From: Amoebophrya sp. A120
Lineage: Eukaryota > Protista > Dinoflagellata
Length of the DNA: 64,000 nt
Direction of reading: 5' to 3'
Assembly: GCA_905178155.1 (NCBI GenBank)
Contig: CAJINV010000002.1
Coordinates: 8,761,224 to 8,825,223 of the forward strand
Below, piece after piece: positions 21,301-31,304 of this stretch. How positions within the stretch are numbered: position 1 is the stretch's first letter; each line of letters starts with the position of its first letter. The position numbers and the translations under genes are program-made. The notes under the pieces were generated by a model. The model made no database searches, was not told where the DNA came from, and saw only the letters and a program-made list of their open reading frames with translations.

Positions 21301-24300
21301 GAAGGCCCAGAGGTGCTCGAAGCGAGTTCAGTATCGCTGTGCAAGAGGAAAAGTGCTGCACAGCATGGCATCCGAAATCTACATTTCAAATACACGTAGA
21401 TTCTACTCAGACATCTAAGGAAGTTTGTCCAGCATATGCAGCCGCGCCCGTAGGAGCAGCTGCTTACTCGGACACTTACTGCGAATGTTTGAGAAACGGA
21501 TAGACATTTTCTCAAAAGTTGTCATCATTTCGGTCTTGCTCGCACTTCTTGCTCTTGGAGGTTACACCTGTAGATCACCAAGGTTGCGCCAGTTTCGAAT
21601 GGGAAAAATCGAAAGACGACGTAGTATGAGCCGAGTGAAGGTAGACTGCCACGCCATACAGCGCGACAGTCTCCTAAACTCTTCTATTGGTTTCCCGAGA
21701 GGATCATAGGACGGAGGGTACAGAATAAAACCTTCTAACCTTCACGAACGCGGGGAGTGCAAAATGTAAATTTCTCTCAGACTGCACCTTGGCACTGAAT
21801 TATTGACAGATGAAAGGCAGACTGCTAGTTTATCCCGAAGCTCAGCACTGGAAATCTGTCAGCTCCATGGTTTGACCCGGCAGTTTGGCCGCAGGGCGAC
21901 CCTACGCGATGGCTTCTCGCAGCAGCAGGAGATGATGCTGCGCACGAATCCAGGAATGCGCACCTGCCGCGACAAGGAATATGAGGCAGGACCGCGCAGG
22001 AGGCTTGCGCCGTCGACTACGCGGACTTTTTCTAGGACGCTACCGAAGCCGAAACACCATAAAGAGCACAAGAGGCCCACGGGTGCTCGAAGCGGGTTCG
22101 ATATCGCTGCGCAAGAGGAAAAGTGCTGCACAGCATGGCATCCGAAATCTACATTTCAAATACAAGTGAATGTCAGACATCTAAGGAAGTTTGTCCAGCA
22201 TGTGCAGCCGCCCCCGTAGGAGCAGCTGCTTACTCGGACACTTACTGCGAATGTTTGAGAAACGGATAGACATTTTCTCAAAAGTTGTCATCACGGAGGT
22301 TTAGATCAACAGCGAAGTCAGAACGATTTTTCGGGAGTGCTCAGTTCATCGAAATGTGTGCTGCATGGTTTGACTCGGTGGTTTGGCCGCATAGAGTGAC
22401 CTTACACATTTTAGCGCTCCCACCGCGACAAGGAATATGGAGCAGAAGACATCAGGAGACGACAAAAAAGCGCCTCAACCGAAGTCCCTTGTTCTGGGAC
22501 GCTACCGAACCCGTAAAACTACGAAAATCAGCTAATATTGCTGGTTAGTGCACGGGAAAACTCGGCATCGCTGCACAAGAGGAAAGTACTGCGCAGCATG
22601 ACATCCGGGTAAATTTCTCACGAGATCGCCTTGTTTTCGGAAGAGCAAACAGACATTTTCAGACATCTAAGGAAGTTTGTCCAGCATACGCAGCTACAGC
22701 ATTCACTGCAGCCACTTAGTAGGACACTTACTGCGAATGTTTGAGAAACGGTGTATGCTGTATCTCAAAAGGTGTCATCATTGGAGAAAATGCACTTACC
22801 GCGAAAGACCCAATTTTAAAATCAAAATCTATCGCTCGTCTCGCAGAAAAACAGGAAACCAGAGCCACTACATTAAAGATCAGTACCATACAGCTCCCAA
22901 ACGTTGCTGAGCGCCTGGATGAGAAAAATCAGCGCGTAGTTGAACTGCAGCTCTTCAACACACGCCCCTCCGTCGCGCACCACCTGCCCGCCCTCGACAC
23001 AGCCTTCCACGTAGGTTTTAGCGAAACCGATGTAGAAGAACACGTTGAAGTTGTTGATAAAGCGGAAGATGAAAAGCTTGACGATCAGTGCGTTGCAAAA
23101 CCGTCTCCGGCTCGGGTAATTCTCCCACTCGTTAAGCGTTCGGGCCAGCGTGTCGCCGAGCGTGTTGAAAACATTGATTTGGATCGTGTTCAGCCAACCG
23201 GTCGAAATTTGAATGAACTTTACGGCGAGCACGTGGTCAGGGGTCGTCTGTCATTTTCATTACGTTGATACTAGTAAGTTGCATCACAAATCAAAACCGC
23301 TGAGAGCCGAGTCGTCATACTGGACGATGTGAACTAAAAATTTAAAGTTAAAGATTGAAAGCAATGTGTCGCGTTGATAGTGATACGGCTTCTGATTTCA
23401 CAGAGCAACCGACCGTGGAGACACGAGGTTATTGTGCGCGTCAAGCGGCACCCGAATCGACCAAAACTGTCACTGAAACGGGTGCTTGACAAAATGACGC
23501 GGGAATGGACGGTTCCTCTCTTGAATGAAAATAGCATCACCAACTGATATCGAAGGTTCCGGCGGGCGCGGAAAAGCCGGCGAGACAAGAAGAGAACCAT
23601 GCCACTGCAGGGGGAAGCTAAGCGTGCGAAAACTGGATCGACAGTCAGTGCCCGAAGGAAAGAGGTAACCTCCGATGGAGTTCGAGTGAAGGAGAGAGTG
23701 GATGACGATTGTCAGGCCTTGATAGTGATGCGGTTCCCCACAACACAGAGGTAAGCCGACCGTGGAGAGACCCCGAACAATTTCCGCGTCAAGCGGCACC
23801 CAAGTCGACAAGAAATTGCCACCGAAACAGGTGTTTGACAATATGACGCGGGATTGCGGTAAAAAGTACTGGCGATTTCGCCGAGGCAGAATGACGCCAA
23901 AGAGCAAAGTACAAACATGTGATGAGGCGGCGAGGGCGACCTGTGTCGAAGACAGCGTCGGTGTCAGCGGCGCTAGGGGGCGCGTCCTGGTCTAAACTGG
24001 TGGGAAGCAGGTGACAGAAAAAAGAAGCGAATGACGATTGTCTGGCCTTGATAGTGATACGGTTCCTCACAACACAGAGGTAAGCCGACCGTGGAGAGAC
24101 CTGAAACAATTTCCGCGTCAAGCGGCACCTAAATCGACAAAAAGCTGTCACTGATACAGGTGTTTGACAATATGACGCGGGAAGTGCACACATACCTTAA
24201 AGGTGGACACAGACGTCAGCAAAAAAACGGCTTTCAACCCAAAACAAAAGTCGCTGTGCGACCTCGACACAATCGCCAAGGACGTGCGCAGGTCACTAGA

Positions 24301-27300
24301 ACTTTCCAGACCATTGCCCATCCTCGTCGAGATCAAAGTGCTAGTTCTCATGCTGTGAGGCAAGAGAACTGAAACACCTGTTGTTCTAGAATCCATGAAA
24401 CGAGGAAATACGTACACGAAAAGTCGTACTTCCTAGCTGAAGGATTCGGACTCGGAGTCTCCCACTGTTTTTAAAGGAAACAAGGCAAATCGCATACGTT
24501 TTCTATTGAGAAAGGACGCAGTTGCAGTTCGCTACAAGGTTCCAATATCAGCATTAGCATGGACAATGTTTCGAGTAAGCATCATGTGAGTTGGACTCAG
24601 CCAGGGGCACTCGGTAATTTGGTCATCATAATGGAACAACTGGTAGTGCAACTGCGAATCCTAATCCTACGTGAGCAACCATTGTGCACTGAAAGTATCT
24701 AGCTGTACCTGATCCACGCCATACGTTCGTAGCTTCGCGATCAGCAACACGAGCCAGCAGCTAACAAACAGCAAGCTGCTCAGCAGCACCCAGCTGATCA
24801 CCTGTCGAAAGGTCCTCACCGATCCCGGAAAGTGCAGCGCGCCCGGCTCACCGGTGATCGGCGACCGGATCGGGATGCCCGTAAACCGAGGTCTCAGCGG
24901 CTCCACATACCCCAATTGCTTTTCATTTCCGTTCGGAAGTCCGTACCACTTGATCCGCAAAAACGACTCATTTCGCCGCCAATTCGCTAAGAAAACCGAG
25001 CACCACAGACTCGTGCAACAGCTGTAGATTCCGAACGCGGTCGAGGGAATTTGCCACAAATTGCTGTCCTCCTGGGAAGTCTTGGTGATCGTCCAGGAAC
25101 GGGCGAACGATAGCTGTATTTTTTCGCTTGGATTTTGTTGGGAGACGATCTCGCTAGCCGACATTTAGAGGCGCACTCACTCAGTCTTCCACGTGATCAT
25201 TTACTTTTAACAAAATTGTGAACTGTGCCCCCTTCTTCAGTACCTTCGAGCGCCTACAGACACGAATTTATGTGTCTCCAGATCAAAAATGCTCGGAGCG
25301 GGGTTTCTCCAAGCGAAGGCTCCCGATGCGAATTACTAACACGCTTCGGGAACGCAGCGCTCGAATAAGACCATCGCTCCTCAAGCGCATGATTGATGCC
25401 AAAAAGCGGAAGGCTGTCAGACGTGGGCTAAGCGCATTTTAATACAGCAAGATAAACTACAAGTGCAACGATTACTAAAAGTTACACCTGCACATCTCGC
25501 CTGCGCTCGTTGCTTTAGGTCACGCGCTCGAAGTGACTATCTGAGAGAAGCAGAGTAGCACAAGCGGTGGCGGACCAAAGTGGATCAGTAAAATTTTCGT
25601 AGTGTAGAGCAGGTCGGATCAGATTTCTTGCAGTGTGATCGGAATTTTCTCGAATTGTTAGTCACACGAGCAACGTACGCTAGCATACAATTACACAGCG
25701 GCTAAATCATTTACAAAAATTATAGACGGTGCAATTCCCACCCGATCGACTGGAAAAGACTCCTCAATTTAGAAAAATCACAGACAAATTTACCGCCACC
25801 AACAGCAGCCCCAGCACCGCGATCGGGATTAACCCCCGGGCGAAAAACGCCACAAAAGCGAAGTAAAACGCCAGGGACGGCCCGTAGTAGTCGTGGAGCT
25901 CTTCGATCGGCACTTTGAAGGAGAGGTCTTCGCACAGAAAGCATTTCAGACACTTGAACAGGTCCTTCATCCCCCATCTCCTCCCTTCATCATCCATCAT
26001 TTGCACGTATTCGCCCCAGGTTGCGATCGAAAACTTCCTGATTTTCGTGTTGCGCTCCGGGTTATCGAGCGCAAAGTGCGCTTCCAGCAACTGCTCGTCC
26101 TCGAGAAGCGAGAGGTTGACGGAGCGCAGTGCCACGTCGTAGGCTAGACGCACGCGCTGACAAGAAGTGAACATTGACATGCTTGTTGGTGTTGTTGGTA
26201 AAGGATTTCGGATTTCACCATCGGCACGGTATTCCTTTATCCCATTTATTTCGTCGTTGTACTGAAGGTGCAGGTTCTGTGCGGTGTGGACTCCTCTGTG
26301 CACCCAGAAGCAGCGCGGAACTTCAAAGGCGCCGACGTGCGCAAAGAGCGGCAGCCCGGATTTCGGCAGGTTCAACGATGTCCAGAGATTATGCAGCAGT
26401 TGGTGCTTGTCCTTCTCCTGTGCCTGATTTCGACCCGCCTGGTCGACGGCGGAAATCGCCTTCCCGGTGGTTTCCATCGCGAAGGCGGCTGCGTACTTCC
26501 GGTTGACTTTTGCCAAGATCCCGCTAGGATCGCTGCTAGCGTCGTCCTTTCTTAAGTCAAGGTAGAGTTCGTATGCCTTGTCGTAAATGGACTTATACGC
26601 TGTTTTCATCACACCGCCTCCAGCAACATTAGCACCGCAAACGGATCCACTAACTGACCCACTGACCGACTGGGTGGAGTGCTGGCGAAGAATCACACGT
26701 CTCTCCAGCACGCCGGCGTTCTCCAGTAGCCTTTTCGCTTTTTCGCCCAAGCCCCCGGTGGACTTTTGCAAAATCTTTCCTGTTGGCGCAAAGATCCACT
26801 TACAGCTCATTTTCTTGACCCACTGCATCGGAAGAAAAACAGCCTCTTTGATTCTCATCGCAGCTGAAGGCTGTTGCTCCTGTGCGGATATCCTTCTTCG
26901 CGTGCTCCTGTCAGTTGCAGTCGAGGACGAGGAGATTCTGCCCTGCCGGTTTATTCCATTGAGAATTTCATTGTTGTTTCTGCCTGCAGTCACAACCCGA
27001 TTCGGACTGTCGCGATTTCGCAGCGCTGGGTTTGTGACTTCTTTGCCACCGTGCTGTTCAACAGAATCTCCGTCCGCACCAAGAATCTCCGGTGAGTTTC
27101 TAGGTTCTGAGGGGTCCTGGATCAGTATGTCGTCCAGTCCCACGGCAAACATGTCGTTCCCGAACTCTTCGATGACGTTTCCCGTCTTCGCGATGGCGTT
27201 TTCCGCTCGGTGCAACAAACCCCTCGCGGTGGATTTTGCCATCTCGACCGGGGAGGAAAAAAGATGTCCTGCGGTGGAGCGGAGCTGATTATTCATGTTC

Positions 27301-29402
27301 TGCCCTCCGGCTTTGTTGCGATTCCTGTTCGACGACGCCGTCGACGTGCGCGGCTTCCCTTTAGCACCTCCCGGTGTGTGGTCTGACGGGGAAAAAGCCG
27401 TTCGGGAGAGCATGCTCGGCTCTTCGTCTGGAATAATCGAATCGATCCAAACTTCGCTCAGTTCCGCCCTGTTCTGCGCTGGAGAACAGGCTGACCCGAT
27501 TTGTCTTCGTTTGGTTGCAGAATTTGGATTTGCAGCTTCATGACGCCGGCGCGAGGCAGCAGATGACATCTTCCCTGGAGATAAATTCAAACTTGATGTC
27601 TCCACGTCAGCTCCATTTCCGTAATCGATGGACATGTCCACTCCGCGCAGCGCGTCGCCGAAAAACCTGCGAGTGAGATTCCGGAGCGATTTCGACAGCT
27701 CATCGTCGTACAGTGCGGAAATGACCGAATCCACGGAATCCACGGTCTGTGCCTTTTCCAGCTCTCGCTGGTAGTACGTCAGCGCCGCTCGTGCGCGAGC
27801 AAGTTGAAAGCTGGTTCGAGTTGTACAACTTTGCAGCGATGCGGTTGAGAGTTGTCGTCCTTTCTCCAATAAACGGGTTGTCTTCCGAACATCCGCCTCC
27901 TCTTTCTCCCACTTCGAGACCACCTCCTGGAGTTTCACGCCGATGTTCAGGTAGTTCCGCTGCCACGGACGGCTCATCACATACGCCAGCGAGTAGAAGG
28001 TCCGCGGGTGACAGGGCTCGAACGCCTCGATATCCACAATCCGCGGGTCGAGCGCGGCAATCTGCCCCTGCCGCTGCGCTTCTTTGAAAAGGATCGGCTC
28101 GGAAGTGGCAGATGAATTTGTGTCACCGATAATCGTAGATCCCGTGCAGCTCGCTTGCCCCGTGGTTCCAGTCACGTAGCTAAGCAACAAATACATGCGC
28201 TCCACGTCCACTCGCACCGTTTCCACCTTGAATCCGATCTTTTCCAGGTTCCAGACGAGGGCCTTCCGAAGCACGTAGAGCAGCGCGCGGCTGTTGGCGA
28301 CCGTAGTAAGGTCCTCCAGCTCCTCGGGGTCGAGAACGTATTTTTGCTGCTTGTCTGCTTCGCTTCTTTTCAGCGCCGGATTAGCGGAAGGTTTTCCCGC
28401 GAATTTTTTCGGCGATTCCCGTTGCAGTTCTCTTGCATATTCTTCTGCTTTTTCCTCCTCCACTTCTTGCCGCAGGAGCGTCAAAAAGTGCTTCCGCATG
28501 CGTTCCCAGGCGTAGACGAAAACGCCCCGCTCAAACGAAACCAGCGCCGCTTTCTCCCGGCTGCACTGATACAGGTCCGGCTGGGTGAACACTTTTGTGT
28601 ACAAACTCGCCACTTTTTCCGGACTGCAGCTGTAGTAGTGCGCTCTGTTTTGCAGCCCGAGGCTGTTCGTTAGCGTGGCCATCAAAGTTTGCTTGTTCAC
28701 CTGGATCGAGTCCTCATGCGGCAAAGCAATGCAGATAATGCGCTCATACGAGGCGGTACAATCATCTACAACTTCGTTCTGCGAACATCCTGTCCGTTGC
28801 CGCTGCACGCTGCCTTTTGAAAAGGTTTTAGACGCTTGTCGATTTTTGCCTGACGGCCGGGAGAGGAGCGTCGGTCCCGCCGTCGCATCGCTACTGTTCG
28901 AAGGTTCGAGGCCGAGAAACACGTGAGAGAGACTCTTCAGAAACACCGTCGTGGATTTCTGATACAAATGTGATGAAAATGGTGCGTTCTGCCCCTGCGT
29001 AGCTTCTGCGGCTCCGTTCTTCATCTTCCGGTCGCCTTGATTTCTCTTCGCTTTTTCTTGTTTGCCGGCTCTTCTACTCAGGTCGCCAGTGCTGCCTGAT
29101 GTCGGTGTCGGACCAGTCTTGCTCCCTTGCGTTCTTTCTACCGACGATATAGGCCCCTGCTTGTCGCCACCCAAGCGGCCGGCACCCGATTTCTTCTCGA
29201 GCATTCCCGACTGCGGAGCCACGTCAACTGGCTGCGATGATTCCTGCGCTGAGCTTCCATCACCGGCAAAAAGTTGCCGCGGAGCGACGATGCCAACGGG
29301 CAGGGATGCCGATTGTTCAGATGCCGCAGCACCATCGTCTAGGCCGAAACGCACTGGGCTCAAGTGCTGCCGCTTCAACTCCGAAATCCGGTCTTCCGGC
29401 AT
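18324..29402 (-). CDS. Anoctamin / TMEM16 family Ca2+-activated channel or scramblase; 5 exons, about 1978 aa; snoRNA host gene
   Basis: Exons 29402-25794, 25113-24709, 23247-22887, 20871-20159 and 19172-18324 join through four GT-AG introns into one frame (5937 nt). Family motifs: YYGxxLAFYFAF, FLANWRRNE, RPRFTG..SPITG, WENY, KLFIFRFINNF..FFYIGF, EDWVEIVVLFG.VTLFSVVFPLAP..IEIRIDSYK, RRPTP..GIGSW. Confidence 0.92.
19280..19385 (-). ncRNA. C/D box snoRNA, double guide to 18S rRNA (copy 1 of 4, most divergent)
   Basis: Minus strand ATGATGA (C) ... GCTGGCACCAGT-CTGA (D') ... GTGCTGA (C') ... TTATTGGAGCTGGT-CTGA (D). Guides are complementary to conserved 18S CUGGUGCCAGC and CCAGCUCCAAUA. Confidence 0.85.
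19558..19663 (-). ncRNA. C/D box snoRNA, double guide to 18S rRNA (copy 2 of 4; D' box is CTTA)
   Basis: Same boxes and both 18S antisense elements as the other copies. D' box is degenerate. Confidence 0.85.
19772..19877 (-). ncRNA. C/D box snoRNA, double guide to 18S rRNA (copy 3 of 4)
   Basis: C, D', C' and D boxes intact; 11- and 12-nt 18S complementarities. Confidence 0.88.
19975..20080 (-). ncRNA. C/D box snoRNA, double guide to 18S rRNA (copy 4 of 4)
   Basis: Nearly identical to copy 3. Confidence 0.88.
21088..21375 (-). ncRNA. U17: U17/snR30 (SNORA73) H/ACA processing snoRNA, copy 1
   Basis: 5' hairpin closed by GGATGC/GCGTCC, H box AGAAAA, then a 3' hairpin with m1-like ATATTCCTT and m2 AAACCAT above a GCTTC/GGAGC basal stem, and ACA plus 3 nt. 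Confidence 0.85.
21407..21528 (-). ncRNA. U14: U14 (SNORD14/snR128) C/D snoRNA, copy 1
   Basis: ATGATGA ... domain A ACATTCGCAGT (pairs 18S ACUGCGAAUG) ... domain B TTCCTTAGATGT-CTGA (pairs 18S ACAUCUAAGGAA; Cm414-equivalent). Confidence 0.92.
21854..22145 (-). ncRNA. U17: U17/snR30 H/ACA snoRNA, copy 2
   Basis: Close paralogue of copy 1 with H box, m1, m2 and ACA conserved. Confidence 0.85.
22173..22294 (-). ncRNA. U14: U14 C/D snoRNA, copy 2
   Basis: C box GTGATGA, domains A and B, D box CTGA. Confidence 0.92.
22352..22608 (-). ncRNA. U17: U17/snR30 H/ACA snoRNA, copy 3 (shorter, divergent)
   Basis: H box AGAACA, ATATTCCTT, AAACCAT and ACA retained while the intervening helices diverge and shorten. 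Confidence 0.8.
22659..22781 (-). ncRNA. U14: U14 C/D snoRNA, copy 3 (divergent)
   Basis: C and D boxes and domains A and B invariant; internal hairpins differ in sequence but keep pairing. Confidence 0.9.
23362..23503 (-). ncRNA. H/ACA snoRNA, copy A of 3 (predicted 18S Psi1290- and possibly Psi1181-equivalents)
   Basis: Hairpin (CGCGTCA/TGACGCG), H box ACAATA, second hairpin, ACA plus 3 nt. The 3' pocket CTCCAC / ACTA brackets 18S UAGU-[U]G-GUGGAG 14 nt from the ACA. Confidence 0.8.
23707..23853 (-). ncRNA. H/ACA snoRNA, copy B of 3
   Basis: Same architecture and pocket strands; hinge is AAATTG, a deviant H box. Confidence 0.75.
24036..24182 (-). ncRNA. H/ACA snoRNA, copy C of 3
   Basis: Same architecture and pocket strands; hinge is AAATTG. 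Confidence 0.75.
24252..24448 (-). ncRNA. H/ACA snoRNA, snR37-like (predicted LSU Psi2944-equivalent); 3' end uncertain
   Basis: Hairpin GAATCC/GGATTC with pocket TTCAGCT / CGTTTC pairing LSU GGAACG-[U]G-AGCUGGG. H box AGAACA is 15 nt from the pocket top. Candidate ACA at 24257-24255. Confidence 0.7.
24548..24629 (-). ncRNA. C/D box snoRNA, snR53-like (predicted 18S Am796-equivalent)
   Basis: ATGATGA ... CTGA ... ATGATGC ... CTGA. D guide TCCATGCTAATG is complementary to 18S CAUUAGCAUGGA. D' guide CGAGTGCCCCT can pair with 18S GGGGGCAUUCG using G-U pairs. Confidence 0.85.
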
Positions 29403-30296
29403 GTCGTTAGTCCACTTACCGTGCCGGTAACCAACAACGACTAGCCGGCGTTGTCCCCATAGACGCCATCGCGTGCTCTGCCGTTCTTGCAGAGGAGCGG
29501 GGACTGGATCACAGACCCCGAGAGCGTGTCACGACGACCACGCAGAGGCATTGATGTGCGAATTCGACTTTGGATTTTTTTTGCTGCAAATAAATGGTAA
29601 TCGGTATGGCTATGGTCTTCTGGAGCGCATAACCACAAGCACATATGCTTGCTACGCTTTCCCCCCTGGCAGCGCTCGTTCGTCGGTCTCAGAAACCACC
29701 ACGGACAAGCCGCTCATTCTCTCACTCAGGTCTCAGGCTGCTTGTACCCTTTGCCTCGATCTGGTACGCCAACTGAGCCAGACAAGAATTCTCAGGGCTG
29801 CGCAAACTCTCCCGGCTTGTTGTATCTCTATTTGCATAGCTTTCGAGGCCCGATCTTCTTTCTATCTTGTCCCACACCAGAGAATCAAACACGGAATCGG
29901 CGAGCCAACCCACAGTCTGCACGCATCAGACAGACAGGCGGTAACCTTTTCCATTAAGAACAAAACAAAGAGAGGGAAAGCAAAACGCGTCCACAATTCA
30001 ATTGTCAATCACAAGAAAAATATACATTTACAACTTACGTGTACCTCAAAGAAAGAGCATCATGTCTGAGTGGAAAAGCATTTATGAGTAGATTGATTGC
30101 ACACGAAAAACTTGGTTGACGAATGGATCAATCATACAGAACTTCTGAACAAGCAATCATCGGGTCAACCTTGGCGATCAAGACGGAATTCTTCTTTTTG
30201 ACAAAATTTGCTACGCTGTTCCACGAACGTTTACGTTTCCTTAGTCGCAGCAGAAAAATCGAGCACATGCTACACTCATGTCATTTTCCCCGAAAA

Positions 30297-31304
30297 TCAC
30301 CGCAACGCGGCTCCTAAAATCGCCGCGCCCGCGAGCGCCCCGATGCCGACACCCACGGCGGCCCCAACCGCAATATCCTCGTCGTGACGGCGGCGTCTGT
30401 GGTTGTAATTCGCATGATGCGCCCGGTACGGCTGATGATGCACCACCTGGGGCCGTGGGGAAGCGTACATCACCGCCGGCTGTGACGCCGGTACGACAAC
30501 GGTCGGCTGTGGCTGTTGCGTCATGATGGTGCAGGAAGGTGTCTGCATCACCGAAACGGAACCGGCTGCACCGCCGCCCGCGACGACGACCTGTAGTAGA
30601 ATCGAAATAATGGGGGTACGGTACGCATTTCTTCTTACAGTCAGCACAAAAATGAAGTAGAAGTAATGAAAGAATACTGGCGCTCCAGGCGAAGAATTCA
30701 CAACGACCTGCGGCTGCGGTGGTCTCGGCTGCGCAATCGGTACTCTCGCTCCTCCGGTCATTGGTTTCAGAGGCACGTCGTATGTAGTCGTCGTTGTCGT
30801 GGTCTGCTGCTGCACCTGCTGCCCGAGCATCGGAGGTGGTTGCGGTTGCTGCTGCATCGTCGGTGCTGGCTGCTGGTACATCATTTGTGGTTGCTGTTGC
30901 ATTTGTGGCTGCTGCTGCATCATTTGTGCTGGCTGCTGGTTCTGGTACATCATTTGTGGTTGCTGTTGCATTTGTGGCTGCTGTTGCATCATTTGTGCTG
31001 GCTGCTGGTTCTGGTACATCATTTGTGGTTGCTGTTGCATTTGTGGCTGCTGTTGCATCATTTGTGCTGGCTGCTGGTTCTGGTACATCATCATTTGTGG
31101 CTGCTGCTGCATCATTTGTGGTTGCTGTTGCATCACTTGTGGCTGGTTGTGCTGTTGCATCATTTGTGGTTGCTGCTGCATCATTTGCGGTTGCTGCTGC
31201 ATCATTTGGGGCTGCTGCTGCGCCACCTGTGGCTGCTGCATTGTCATCTGCATCGTCACTGTTTGCGGGTGCTGTTGCTGCTGCATCATTTGAGGCTGCT
31301 GCAT
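30297..31304 (-). CDS. Gln/Met/Pro-rich repeat protein with a C-terminal Gly/Ala hydrophobic tail
   Basis: ATG at 31304; probable in-frame 87-nt GT-AG intron 30677-30591; C-terminus IAVGAAVGVGIGALAGAAILGAALR. Confidence 0.75.
   Translation of the reverse strand: MQQPQMMQQQQHPQTVTMQMTMQQPQVAQQQPQMMQQQPQMMQQQPQMMQQHNQPQVMQQQPQMMQQQPQMMMYQNQQPAQMMQQQPQMQQQPQMMYQNQQPAQMMQQQPQMQQQPQMMYQNQQPAQMMQQQPQMQQQPQMMYQQPAPTMQQQPQPPPMLGQQVQQQTTTTTTTYDVPLKPMTGGARVPIAQPRPPQPQVVVNSSPGAPVFFHYFYFIFVLTVRRNAYRTPIISILLQVVVAGGGAAGSVSVMQTPSCTIMTQQPQPTVVVPASQPAVMYASPRPQVVHHQPYRAHHANYNHRRRRHDEDIAVGAAVGVGIGALAGAAILGAALR
30845..31304 (-). repeat. Coding tandem repeats (QQQPQMM heptads and a 60-nt unit repeated about 3 times)
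   Basis: MMYQNQQPAQMMQQQPQMQQQPQ-type unit with 60-nt periodicity at about 30877-31100. Confidence 0.9.

Noticed and set aside
21555-21590. GATCACCAAG resembling the U1 snRNA loop I
   Set aside because: No ACTTACCTG 5' end and no supporting stem.
19481-22219. Repeated small ORFs (MMTTFAGTSLSSFLGR...; MQHFSS...) as a peptide family
   Set aside because: They are translations of duplicated snoRNA sequence; conservation follows boxes and guides, not codons.
19280-24182. Repeat-spacer arrays as CRISPR or introner repeats
   Set aside because: Units are 105-430 nt with snoRNA boxes and rRNA complementarity; the context is eukaryotic, with no cas genes and no TIR/TSD.
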